DNA of 64,000 nucleotides from assembly GCA_964016885.1 (NCBI GenBank), contig OZ024745.1, positions 99,200,001 through 99,264,000 on the forward strand, read 5' to 3'. This DNA comes from Eledone cirrhosa (Eukaryota). Made by a program: the position numbers and the translations under genes. This document shows, one piece after another, positions 13,930 to 25,473 of the stretch; position 1 is the first letter of the stretch, and every line of letters starts with the position of its first letter. The notes under the pieces are model-generated. The model had not been told where the DNA came from. It saw only the letters and a list, made by a program, of their open reading frames with translations, and did no database searches.

Positions 13930-14168
13930 CTTTATACTGTAAAGTGGTCATGTAGGTGTCACAATAAAAAGCACCCAGTACTCACTGTAAATGAGGTTGG
14001 TGTTAGGAAAGGCACCCAGCTGTAAAAATCATGTCAAAATCAGTTCTGTATGAGCAAAACATGGTCACCTGACTTGGCGTTGCCCACAACAGGACAACTC
14101 GTCTAACCCATGCTAGCGTGGAAGAATGGATGTAAAATGGTGGTGGTGATGATGATGATGATGATGAT
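13930..14168 (+). mobile_element. RTE-related non-autonomous retroposon 3' part
   Basis: Reverse complement of the 558-765 element; (GAT)n tail. Confidence 0.75.
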
Positions 14169-14444
14169 AGCCAATACTTAAATTTGTAGAGGCAGGTGTA
14201 GGGATTTAGTCAGTTTTATGTAACAGGTGTTTTTTTTATTGACCCTGGAAGGATGAAAGTCAAAGTTGATCCTAGTAGGATTTGAACTCAGAATGTCAAG
14301 AGATGCAACAACATATCATAAGATTATAGACATCGACTGTCTGCTGAATCTGACAATAATCAGGTTCCCTTTTTTGGTCACCAACAAAGTAATCAGAGAT
14401 GGGACATTACAGTTGCACAAGCAGTAAGTGTGTTACATTAAGTG

Positions 14445-14805
14445 ATATCTCACATAATATCAGATCTATGAGATGTTGGTGTTATTTATTTTGAGAACGG
14501 TGGTGGATTGGCAGTATCGGTAGAAGGTCGGACGCCATGCTTTCCAGCATAGTTATGTTCCTTTACGATCTAATTTAAGTTCAAATCCCGCCGAGGTTGA
14601 CTTTGCCTTTCATCCTTACGGGGGTCGATAAAATAAAGTACCAGTAATGCACTGGGTAATTGCTGGCCTTGTGCCTAAAGTAGAAACAGTTATTTATTTT
14701 GAGAACAATACCTTAATGTCAGTATGAGGGGCTGGTTACAGCTGGTTTGAACAGAAAGAAGTGAGAGAATTCTGGCCAGATATGGCTGGTTTAAATGCTA
14801 ATGGG
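14445..14805 (+). mobile_element. piggyBac-type MITE (left end lost) interrupted by a SINE
   Basis: MITE interior continues on both sides of the SINE; ends TAAATGCTAATGGG-TTAA. Confidence 0.75.
14499..14688 (+). mobile_element. tRNA-derived SINE family 1
   Basis: Full-length copy with 18 bp TSD GTTATTTATTTTGAGAAC (14481-14498 and 14689-14706). Confidence 0.92.
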
Positions 14806-15019
14806 TTAAAAATACTTTGGCTTGCTCAATTAGGACCCATCCAGTTTTCCAAAGTTTAATATTCTATTCAATGAACCATATTACTTGTATTCTTTCATTT
14901 TCTTATAATCATAAATTATTTTTCAAATTTATCGCACAGAGTTATGATAAAAAACTATGACTACTTGAAGGCTTGTCAGTTTGGTTCTAATTCCTCAGAA
15001 ACACAAGTAAAAGGCTCCC

Positions 15020-15275
15020 CCCTCCCACTCTCTCTCTCTCTCCCTCTCTCCTTCTCCTCTCTCATAATCTCTTTCTGTCAGCAATCTGTTTGTCTGTCTG
15101 TTTCTCTCTCCCCCCCTCTCTCTCACTCTATTTCTCTCTCAGCAGTCTGCCTCTCTCTCTCCTTTCACAATCTCTTTCTCAATCACTCTCTCTCACTTTC
15201 TCTCATCAGTCTGCCTCTCTCCCTTTCTCACTCTCTGTCAGCAATCTGTCTTTCTTTCTTACTCTCTGTCAGCAG

Positions 15276-15331
<56 letters not shown>

Positions 15332-15469
15332 CTCTCCGTCTCTCTCTCTGTATATCTATCTATCTGGTTGACGAAGAAGAGGAGGAGGAGAATAATTAGG
15401 ATCATCATAATGATTAAGATTGTGATTCTACAAAGCTGTAGGTGGATAGTGTTTATATTAATGATGACA

Positions 15470-15509
<40 letters not shown>

Positions 15510-16124
15510 GGAGGAGGAGGAGGAGGAGGAGGAGGGGGGGGGGAAGTTGGGACAGGCGGAAGAGGAGAAGGGAGAGGAGGAAGAGGAGAAGGGAGAGGAG
15601 GAAGAGGAGAAGGGAGAGGAGTAAGAGGAGAAGGGAGAGGAGTAAGAGGAGAAGGGAGGGGAGGAAGTGGAGAAGGGAGGGGAGGAAGAAGAAGAGGAGA
15701 AGGAAGAGGAGGAGGAGGAGGAAGAGGAGAAGTGAGAGGAAGAAGAGGAAGTGGAGAAGGAAAAGGAGGAAGAGGAGAAGGGAGAGGAGGAAGAGGAGAA
15801 AGGAGGGGAGGAAGAGGAAGGGGAGGAGGAGGAAGTGGAGGAGGAGGGAGAAGGAAGAGGAGAACAACCATCACCACCACCAACACCACCACAAGCACTA
15901 CCACCACCACCACCACCACCACCAGCACCAACACCACCACCACCACCACCACAACCACCACCACTACCACCACCATCACCACCATCATCACCTCTACCGG
16001 CATCACCCCCACCCCACCCCCACCGCCACCACTACCACCACCACCATCATCCTCACCACCACCACCACCACTACCACAATCATCAATATCACACCACTAC
16101 CATCACTACCAGCACCATCACCAT

Positions 16125-16189
<65 letters not shown>

Positions 16190-16410
16190 CCACTACCACC
16201 ACCACTACCACAATCATCAATATCACACCACTACCATCACTACCAGCACCATCACCATCACCATCACCATCACCACCACCACCACCACCACCACCACCAC
16301 CACCACCACCACCACCACCAATTTACAATGATGTTAAACCAGAACTAATTCTCTTCTATTTTGGTTCTTACCATTGTCATTCTTGCTGTTGTTGCTGTTG
16401 TTGCTGTTAT
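15020..16410. repeat. Compound microsatellite field: (CT)n, (GAT)n, (GAG)n, (CAC)n, (CAT)n
   Basis: Low-complexity sequence; source of the poly-amino-acid ORFs. Confidence 0.95.
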
Positions 16411-16759
16411 TAATGTCATTACATTTCTCTTCTTTCTTTTTCATAAAGGGTGAAGGGATAATATATTTTCACTTGGTTTCCTACCTTTTTTTTATATTTT
16501 CCTGGGTGGAATGGGGGTGTACTTTTATTTTTTAGGAAGATTTTTGAGTCAAAATTTAGTGGATGTCTGCTATCAAGTCATTTAATAAATAATTCAATTG
16601 TTCCTGTGACATATATACTGTCAGTTAATTGGAAAATTGACATTTCTGAAAAAAATAGCTTTCGAAAATAATTCGTTCTCTATCTATTTTCAGTGAAATC
16701 AACTTGACGCTGGTCATATAAGTCCAGACAGTCAAATATATAGAAAGAAAATATATAAT

Positions 16760-16944
16760 TGTTTTTACTTTTGACACAAGGCCAGCAATTACCCAGTGCA
16801 TAACTGGTACTTTATTTTATCGGCCCTGTAAGGATGAAAGGCGAAGTTAACCTCAGCGCGATTTGAAGCCAGAACATAAAGGGCCATAACTCTATGCTGC
16901 AAAGCATGGTGTCTGATGCTCTACTGGTACTGTCAATCCAGAGG
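16760..16944 (-). mobile_element. tRNA-derived SINE family 1
   Basis: Reverse-complement match; 15 bp TSD AAGAAAATATATAAT. Confidence 0.88.
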
Positions 16945-17253
16945 AAGAAAATATATAATAAAGATAGATTTAAATAGATTTAAATAGAATAACAAAAAAA
17001 ATAAGAGTTAATATATGTATGTATAATGATGGTGATGTATGTGTATATATATGTGTGTGTGTATATGTATATGTGTGTGAATATATATATGTATATATAT
17101 ATATATATATATATAACAAAGGAATTGTGGTAAGGAACCAGATGGACCATAACGCACTAGAGTACTCAATACTTAGGGTAGTAGAGTGGGAAATAGGTCC
17201 AGAAATAGGCGTTGAAACGGCTTGAGCTCTGCCGTCGGGGTCATACTTTTTCC

Positions 17254-17296
<43 letters not shown>

Positions 17297-17319
17297 ATAT
17301 ATATATATATATGTGTATG

Positions 17320-17792
17320 TTTGTAAAAGGTAAACAGAAATAACAACACGATCGGTACAATATATGGAAGGTATATATTAGGTTAACGCTTGATATAGCT
17401 GGAAGAGGGTCTTAACGTTTCGGACACTAGTCCTTCATCAGAAGAAAGAATGAGAAATAAGATAGATTGAGAGGACGGGCGGGTTGGAATTGGAAAAAAG
17501 GTCTTTAGATAAAAATAACAGGTCCATTCATGTTGACATCTCTTGCAAAACTGTTGGTGCTGGCGTTTTGTGTATGATTTATTTTTTAGAAAAGTGGATG
17601 ATGGAGTGAACAAATTTAATATAGAAATGGCTTCTGGTGGACAAGAACTGTTTCATTCGAAGGAAATCAACAAGAAAGCTACTTCTAGTCCTGTAGAAGC
17701 CATTTCTATATTAAATTTGTTGTATAATACACTCTACTAATGTATTGAGTACCTTACTTACAGTGGTTACCCCTCTATTGAACCCAGGACTC
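17320..17792 (-). mobile_element. Non-coding Penelope pLTR-like element in (TA)n with hairpin and hammerhead
   Basis: Bounded by TA tracts; contains a 27 bp inverted repeat and a minimal hammerhead; homologous to 35335-35670. Confidence 0.65.
17410..17445 (-). ncRNA. Minimal type I hammerhead ribozyme
   Basis: Minus strand UCUU-CUGAUGA-A-GGAC(UAGU)GUCC-GAAA-CG-UU-AAGA: intact core, stem I UCUU/AAGA, palindromic stem III AACGUU. Confidence 0.8.
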
Positions 17793-17816
17793 ATATATAT
17801 ATATATATATATATAT

Positions 17817-18416
17817 ATTTTAAAAATTTTTTTAAAAAAATATTTTCTTATTTTACGTCTTTTATATTATTGTTCTGCATTCTCCTGCATTGAACCACCT
17901 AGGTACTATGACATAACCTGTGTATTTGCTAGCATGGGCGTGCATCTGTGCGCTTATGTTAGTTGATATATTAAATTATCTATATTTATCTCCAAATCAC
18001 TGATTTGTCGAGCAAACTTGCCAAAACCACTTCTAAAAAAACCTTTTTTTTGGGGTGTTAGTAGGCGTCAGTCATCTTACCATCCTATTCCTTCTAACTA
18101 GCCTCTGTGTCACGTGATTGATTCTTTAGAATCGGCCATTTGACTTGAAGCAGTGAGAATTTCGGTACATAGAATCCAGTCCTCGCAAGCTGTTCGATCT
18201 ACCGAATTATTATTATTTTTATATGAGCCGCCAGTGTCCGCGCATTGCCTGGAGACTTAACTGAGAAAAGACTCCCTGATGACGCAATGAATTCTCGACA
18301 GTTGGATTACGTAACTGTCTTTATCCCATTGCAGAAACTAATTAGTTGGAGTGAAAATTTAAGTAAGTAAAAAATTTTTTAAAAATTAAAAAAAAAAAAT
18401 ATTTTCTTATTTTACG

Positions 18417-18423
<7 letters not shown>
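17817..18423 (+). mobile_element. Non-coding element with ~45 bp terminal direct repeats and a hammerhead, in (TA)n
   Basis: AAAAAAATATTTTCTTATTTTACGTCTTTTATAT and upstream T/A runs repeated at both ends; TA tracts on both flanks. Confidence 0.65.
18271..18352 (+). ncRNA. Type I hammerhead ribozyme with extended stem II
   Basis: ACUCC-CUGAUGA-C-GCAAUG...CAUUGC-A-GAAA-C-UAAUUA-GU-U-GGAGU; extra hairpin GACAGUU/AACUGUC in loop II. Confidence 0.75.
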
Positions 18424-18465
<42 letters not shown>

Positions 18466-18466
<1 letters not shown>

Positions 18467-19485
18467 TAGCAGTAGGACCTGGCGTTGCACGGGTAGGAAA
18501 CGTGAAACAGCAACACACATATGCAAAGATTGAGGAATGTAGCTGTGTACTTTTTGAATTCCCTTATTCTCAGGGAATGATTGTTCATCTACTGGAAACG
18601 TAGAACACCAACAGGCCGAATCCAGTAGTAGCGGTGTCAGTGGGCTGATTGTGGAAATCCTGTATGCGAAAAGAGTAAGTAAGTGTTGTGGGGCGATGTA
18701 TGTTGTAAGTCTGTTCACGAATTAGGTCATGGATGGGGAACACATGTCAGTCTGAAGGAGCGACGTAGTCAATTGTGTGAAAACCAAGTAGGGATGTACG
18801 TTTAAGTAGGGATATTGAGATGAAATCAGCGTGGTAATGCAGCTGCAGCAGAAAGGGGTCATAGTGCAATTAGCACAAACGCTGGGCGGCACTGGTTGCA
18901 CTGTGTTTACACAGCAACAAAGGTGCAACAAAAGGGGTCACCACAGAATTAGCATAACCACTGTTCGGCGTAGTTGCGCAGGGCGTTCATACTGTGGTGT
19001 AGGTGCAACAAAAGGGGTCTTAGTAGAAGTAGCACAGACGTGAGTTTTACGGTGTCAATAACATGGCAACGTACACAGGGCCCGGAGCTGCACGTGATGA
19101 AAGCACGAAGCGTCAACAGAGCGTGACAAAAATTCTAAGGTCCTCATCATTTCCTCAAACCCCCGAAAATGGTCCTGCTTAAAAGTAAGTAAGTGTTGTG
19201 TCCTCTGTTAAATAAACCCAATTTTTAACGAAATATTATATGCTACTTACGATGTTTAAGTAGCATTTATATTGAAAACGAAACTGGCATGTAATGCCCA
19301 ATGCTAATTTGTAAATTTCCTAGAAACCGTTAATGGAATCGGAAATGTGAGGGGACTAACTAATGCGAGGGGACTAACTAATGTGTCCTGCATGTGTAAA
19401 GTTTGAAAATAATCGGTCGGGTACTTCTTGAGTTTTAAGGATTTACACAAACAGACAGACAGACATCCTCTGTTATATACATATA
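18466..19485 (-). mobile_element. Non-autonomous Helitron
   Basis: Minus-strand 3' end hairpin CCCGTGCAACGCCAGG then CTAG-T; other end (GACA)n CATCCTCTGTTATATA similar to the 30775 end. Confidence 0.75.
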
Positions 19486-19499
19486 TATATATAATAATA

Positions 19500-19705
19500 A
19501 TATTATTTATAGTTATATATACACTATATACAACTATAAACAGGAAAGGTCAGTAATTTATTACTACCTTATTACCAGTAAGAAAAATAGCTCAATGTAA
19601 ATACATTAGATGTTTTACAGAGCAGGAATATAAATTACACTATAATCAAAACTATGTTCAAATCATTTTATTGCTGACAATCGTTTCTTCCAAACTTTTG
19701 TTTGG

Positions 19706-19710
<5 letters not shown>
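19500..19710 (-). mobile_element. Truncated Penelope pLTR-like fragment with only the 3' half of a hammerhead
   Basis: Minus strand GAAAC-GATT-GTC-AGCAATAAA at 19666-19687; cut off by a TA tract. Confidence 0.4.
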
Positions 19711-19751
<41 letters not shown>

Positions 19752-19766
19752 TCATATATATATATA

Positions 19767-20278
19767 TCATCATCATCACTGTTTTACATCTATTTTTCCA
19801 TGCTAGCATGGGTTTGACCAGTTGTCCTGTTGTGGGCATTGCCAGATCAGCTCTTATAGAACTGATTTTGGCTTCGTTTCTACAGCTGGATGCCCCTCCT
19901 AACGCAAACCTCATTTACATTGAGTACTGGATGCTTTTTGTTGTGACACCAACACAACCACTTTACAGTGTGGACTGGATGCTTTTTTGCCATGTCACCA
20001 TCACGACCACTTTACAATGTGAGATGAGTGTTTTTTGTCATGTTGCCATCACAACCACTCTACAGTGTGGGCTGGAGGCTTCACTGGATGTATACTTCAG
20101 CCTGTGGTCATGGGAGATGTTTGGGAGGGTGGGGGTCGACTGGGGGCATACTGTATATATGCTTCAGCTCCAGCTGTGCCCCTGGGAAGTTGGGTCTTCT
20201 GTATTACTGCATAATGCAAAAGATCTCAGTCTGCGTCATCACCCTTGAGAGGTGCAATTGAGCAAGGTCAGCTTTTAT
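19767..20278 (-). mobile_element. RTE-related non-autonomous retroposon
   Basis: (CAT)n tail and GGATGCCC(T/C)TCCTAAC motif; collinear with 20980-21397. Confidence 0.7.
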
Positions 20279-20979
20279 CACCTCAATCCAAGTCTTCTAG
20301 ATCTCCTCACTCCAAAGCTTCCATCGACTTTGAGTTCTTTGCAACTTTTTATGCAGCTGTCATCCTTCTTATATATGTGTGTGTGTATACTTATATATAT
20401 ATATGTATATGCTTACTTGCCCCTCACACCTCAAACCCTCATCCCTGATCCACCTTGCCTGCCTATGTATCCATTTTTGAGTGGAAAGCTTAATATGTCA
20501 CCCAGTTTAACACCATGATATAGCTATTTAGAGAGTTATAACATATTCTACTCTGTTGTAATTATTTGAACAAGGATTCCAGTCTGAGTAAAACTTGACA
20601 TAACTTGATATAACTAGCATTATATTTATCAGAAAATATCTAAAAATGAGTATATTAATTCAAATGTATATAGTATCTTTACAAGTAGGTAGATTGTTGT
20701 GAAAATTTACAGTAAATTAAACAAAGGACTTTAATTACAAATGTGATGCGGTGATAGTATACTTTTCAATAACGTCTTGCTTGTGCAGTTTCATGTGGAA
20801 CAGGACGTTAAGAGTTAATACACTGTCTCCCACTGGAGAAACTTCTGAGTAAGGGATCTTTCCTACCTTTCCTCTTACCAGCTGCAGAGACCTTGCAAGG
20901 GTCATGACCACTGCGTTTTCTCTTATGAATTTGACATAAAATATTTATTAAAAATAGACCTGTTTATATATATATCCTC

Positions 20980-21397
20980 ATGATCATCATCATCGTTTTA
21001 CATCCATTTTTCCACGCTAGCATGGGTTAGACGAGTTGTCCTGCTGTGGGTTATGCTAGGTCAGGTGACCATGTCTTGCTCAAACAGAACTGATTTTGGC
21101 TTGGTTTCTACAGCCGGATGCCCTTCCTAATGCCAACCTCATTTACAGTGAGTATTGGGTGCTTTTTATTGTGGCGCCTACATGACCACTTTACATTGTG
21201 GGCTGGGTGCTTTTTCTCATGACACCCACATGATCACTTTACAGTAGGAGGGTGGGGGTTGGGATTGACTGGGGCATACAGTGTATGTGCTTCAGCTTCG
21301 GCCTGTGCTCGTGGGAAGTAGGGTATTACTGCATAACGCCAGAGATCTCAGTCCTGTGCCATTGGCTTTGAGAGGTGCAATTGGGCAAGATCAGCTT
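20980..21397 (-). mobile_element. RTE-related non-autonomous retroposon
   Basis: Same family as 19767-20278; both share GAGAGGTGCAATTG.GCAAG.TCAGCTT at the far end. Confidence 0.7.
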
Positions 21398-21415
21398 ATA
21401 TATATATATATATTA

Positions 21416-22626
21416 CAGGGAAAAATGCGGGCGCATGTAAAGAAATATTCTTAAATTAATAAACCTAGAAAAGTAAAGGACAAGTTATTACACCTGGAAA
21501 AGTAAAGAACAAGAAAACTTCTTCTTAAAACTTCTTAAAATATTGCAGCTATAGTATAAACTTGAATAATAAAAAAATATTTGATTTAAATATACATAGA
21601 AAGTGATAAATTCTAATAATACAGTTGACTCTCTAATTGATAATAATACTAATTTATGATCATTTATTTAATTTTGTGATCCTAATTTACACCATAGTGG
21701 TTGGGTCATTAAATAAATATACTTTATTTTACTTTACTAAATGGGACTGAAAAAATGAGTGACAATTATAAACATCAAATAAAACAAAATTTTGGCGTGT
21801 AAATGGCACTAACAATTAATTAATAATTAATTAGGGAGCCAACTGTAATGATAAATAATAACAAATTATAATTGTTTAATAATGAAATTTAAGACCTGTC
21901 AGAGATCAAAATAACCAATCTACATTTTTAGGTAGAGTAAAATTAGACTACAATTAAAAATTAAACATTGTCTAATTCAACAGTTCATCTAATGAATTGA
22001 TGAATTCACTATAATTGATTGATTCACTATAAATGAATAATTGATGAATTGACTTTTACCTAATTTTGCCCCTTGAGATGTTGAATTTTACTATATTATA
22101 AAAAAAATCTGTAATACTCATAAAAAGTGCTGATGATGCACTGTTTTTGATTTATTTTACTGCATTATTTTATAACTAAATTTTTAAAAATATAATTTGA
22201 TTAAGAGTGAAAATTTTTAAATATCTTATAACATAAATTAATAAATTGTACATGTTAATTATTATTATTATTAATTAATTATTGTACAAATTATTGTACA
22301 AATTATTGTACAAATTTTATTTTAAAAAGATTAATTTGTATACACCAAGAAAAAAATTAAGTATACAGTAGTCAACTCTCCCTATAAGACAGTCATTTTT
22401 CCAGTCCTTTAAAGTGATATTTTTTTAACAATTAACTTATAGTTATTTATTTTTAGTTTTATAATCTAAATATTTTTTTTCAAATTTAGACTTTAGCTGC
22501 AATATTTAAAGAAGTTTTAAGAAGTTTTCTTGTCCTTTACTTTTCCAGGTGTAATAACTTGTCCTTTACTTTTCTAGGTTTATTAATTTAAGAATATTTC
22601 TTTACATGCGCCCGCATTTTCCCCTG
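21416..22626. mobile_element. Foldback element with ~140 bp inverted repeats and AT-rich interior
   Basis: CAGGGAAAAATGCGGGCGCATGTAAAG... versus ...CTTTACATGCGCCCGCATTTTCCCCTG; flanked by TA. Confidence 0.8.
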
Positions 22627-22707
22627 TAATCCACTTTTTTTCCAGGCAATGCAAGGATATTATATTAATATTAATAAAAATATTTATCAACAAATAAGTT
22701 AAATAAT

Positions 22708-22878
22708 TGTTTCTACTTTTGGCACAAGGCCAGCACATTACTGGTACTTTATTTTATCGACCCCGTAAGGATGAAAGGCAAAGTTAACCTCGGCGGGATT
22801 TGAACTCAGATCGTAAAAGGACGTAACTATGCTGGAAAGCATGTCCGACACTCTACCGATACTGCCAATTCACCACCC
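22708..22878 (-). mobile_element. tRNA-derived SINE family 1
   Basis: 18 bp TSD ACAAATAAGTTAAATAAT; small internal deletions. Confidence 0.9.
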
Positions 22879-22940
22879 ACAAATAAGTTAAATAATAATA
22901 ATAAATAATAATGAATAGGAAGAAGTGCAGATAGGAAAAG

Positions 22941-22978
22941 TAATCAGGGTGGGAATCGAACCCACGACTTTCGGATTG

Positions 22979-23010
<32 letters not shown>

Positions 23011-23013
23011 ACC
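22941..23013 (-). tRNA. tRNA-like gene, anticodon GAC (Val); probably TE-borne or a pseudogene
   Basis: GGTCAGG TA GCTC AGTCGGTA GAGC A GCGGA CTGACAA TCCGA AAGTC GTGGG TTCGATT CCCAC CCTGATT A folds as a 73 nt cloverleaf (two G-U pairs in the acceptor stem, one G-A mismatch in the anticodon stem). Confidence 0.65.
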
Positions 23014-23329
23014 ACAATTCACTATTGCACAATCTATCACTATTTTAATGTATTAGAAATTAGAAACAAACTAAGCGTTACTTATATATGTAGTTCCTTA
23101 CACTCTTTTGGTCCTCACTTATTTTTGTGTAACTTTTTTTCTACTGAACCAAATTTCAATATTTTTATGTCAAAAAGTAGCTTATCTGTGGTCCTATAAA
23201 GTGCAAAAAATCGCATCCAATTCTATCAAAAATTGAATTAGTGACAAAGTTTTGAAGGTGTCGCGAGTGACCGAAATGGGACCTTAAGAATATTATACAC
23301 CTACTACCGTAGGTGTATGATATATATAT

Positions 23330-23655
23330 ATTTTTTTTATAAGTTAGAACATTTTATTCTACGTAAATACAATTTAATAGAAAAAGAAAAAATTTAGATT
23401 GAGAAGAAAGAATGGAATGTAAAATAAGAAAATATAAAAATAAAAACAGGGAAAGAAGGGAATGGCAAGGGCTCTAGCATCACTGAAGATTAGGGAGGGT
23501 GAGTGTGATTGGGCTCTGGGCAGGGCACAGCGGTAATGGGACTGTGCCTCATGGACAAGACCGCAAAAGCATTCTCAAGGACAATGGCCAGCGACATCTG
23601 CTGCAACAGCCACTCCACCTTGCGGGGCTTGATCCTCAGACGGGCGGCCGATGTT
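23330..23655 (-). mobile_element. 3' fragment of a CRE-like (RLE) non-LTR retrotransposon
   Basis: Minus frame PRKVEWLLQQMSLAIVLENAFAVL resembles the C-terminal QRLSxAIxRGNA motif; followed by AATAAA and an oligo-A tail. Confidence 0.55.
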
Positions 23656-23849
23656 TATATATTGTGTTGGAAATTTCTTAAGTACACAGCCATGACTGCA
23701 ATCAGATTCAGTAGTCATCATTCACATCTGTAGAGATGAACAATTCTAATGATCTTTACCATGAGCTATCATCTTCTCTCCTCCCTGTGACACATCATTG
23801 ACACCTACCTCTTTCACTTAGTGCATATCTCTGTTGTTTTCCATCACTT

Positions 23850-23895
<46 letters not shown>

Positions 23896-24068
23896 TCTCT
23901 CTCTTTCTCTCTCTCTCCCTCTCTCCCCGTCTCTTGGTCTATCTATCTCTCTCTTTCCCATTCTGTTACCATCTTTAATCCAATCCCCTCATGTTGTTCA
24001 TAGGTTTTCTATTTTTTTACCTTACCAATAACCAGTGTGTAGCTACAACTGATTCTTCTTCGTTATTT

Positions 24069-24242
24069 TGGCAGTATCGGTAGAGGGTCGGACGCCATGC
24101 TTTCCAGCATAGTCACGTCCCTTTACGATCTGAGTTCAAATCCCGCCGAGGCTTACTTTGCCTTTCATCCTTACGGGGTCGATAAAATAATGTACCAGTA
24201 ATGCACTGGATAATTGCTGGCCTTGTGCCTAAAGTAGAAACA
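24069..24242 (+). mobile_element. tRNA-derived SINE family 1 (slightly 5'-truncated)
   Basis: Near-identical body; TSD GTTATTT. Confidence 0.9.
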
Positions 24243-24739
24243 GTTATTTGCTTCAATCCAGGCTAGGCAAAGACAGCTGACATTGAATTTGATATTGTCA
24301 ACTTGTCACCATGAATACAATGAAGATGATCAGAGCTGGTGAAATAACCTTCAACAAAATCATAATGGTGGGTAAGGCATTGCATGCAAAATCCAAAATC
24401 CCAAATCCAGGGCATTCTTACTCCTGTTGGAGAAAACCCTCACTAATTGAACTCCACAGCTTCCTATCTCTAGCCATATTGGTCAGTGGAGCTGAGGGAT
24501 CAGGTCAGATCATCATGCCCTTTGGCCACCCTCTGGTTCTTCTCCACTGTCTAGGTATCCTCTCTGTCACTCTAACAATCTATCTGTTGTCTCTAAAATG
24601 AGAAATGTGGCTAGCCTATCTTTGTCTGAATGACTAGTCTATGAAAAAGGAGACCGGTTGTTCCCATCCATTTACAGAGCCATAGTACTGATATGAATTT
24701 CTGTCAATACCTTTCTAAAGGTCATTCTCAACAGAATCT

Positions 24740-24910
24740 CATACAGAAGGGATATGTAGTTCTTGGAAACCTAATTCAGATTTCAGCCTGTCAATATTTA
24801 TCAAACAGCAGCTTCTTGAAAATCTAAAGAACATTGAATCCTACTACATATGAGCTTTATTGAATTCAAGTCAGCTTTTGATTCAACATGGAGAAAGGCT
24901 CTTTGGCCAG
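24740..24910 (+). pseudogene. Old degenerate LINE RT fragment
   Basis: LHMSFIEFKSAFDSTWRKALW resembles RT motif FIDFKxAFDSV. Confidence 0.5.
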
Positions 24911-25094
24911 CATTTCTGTTCCTGCACCAGCCACGGGATTCAACATCAATGATGGATGAGTTGCATAATGTAGAGTGCTTTTTCTACTATTACATCATGG
25001 CTAACTAAATGGAATGGCCAGTTCTATCCATTGGTGAACCACAAAACGTAAATGAATCTATCTATCTATCTATCAATATATATATATATATATA

Positions 25095-25470
25095 TTCTTT
25101 TTTTCAAATACCACTTTGGAAGAAGAATCAGGATGGAGAGAGAGGTGCTGTACCCCAGCAAGTTTTATGAAAGGTGGGTGAAAGTGGCGAGAATGGCCCG
25201 AGTGAATGGGCCTTCTCTCTATATCAGCCTGTAAGTTGAGGAAAAGGAGGAGGAGAGGAAAGGAGTACAAACTCTTCGTACTCCTGGAGATGAGGGTTGC
25301 ACATTTTTTCGGAGGTGTGTGTTACCCATATGAACTGTCTCCCCCTATTGGGGAAAATCAGCTAATTTTTAAATTGCATTTGTGATAATATTTTACACGT
25401 TTTTATTGTATGTAAACTTCCCCCTTTGTATTTGTCCCCTTCTTTTGTGCCCCTGTGGCTAATAAAGAAA
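25095..25470 (+). mobile_element. L1/Tx1-clade LINE 3' end
   Basis: RIRMEREVL..ERWVKVARMARVNGP matches the end of ORF 9952-10419; ends AATAAAGAAA. Confidence 0.8.
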
Positions 25471-25473
25471 CAT

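Noticed and set aside
15259-16413. Poly-Arg/His/Pro/Glu ORFs
   Set aside because: Trinucleotide microsatellites open in most frames
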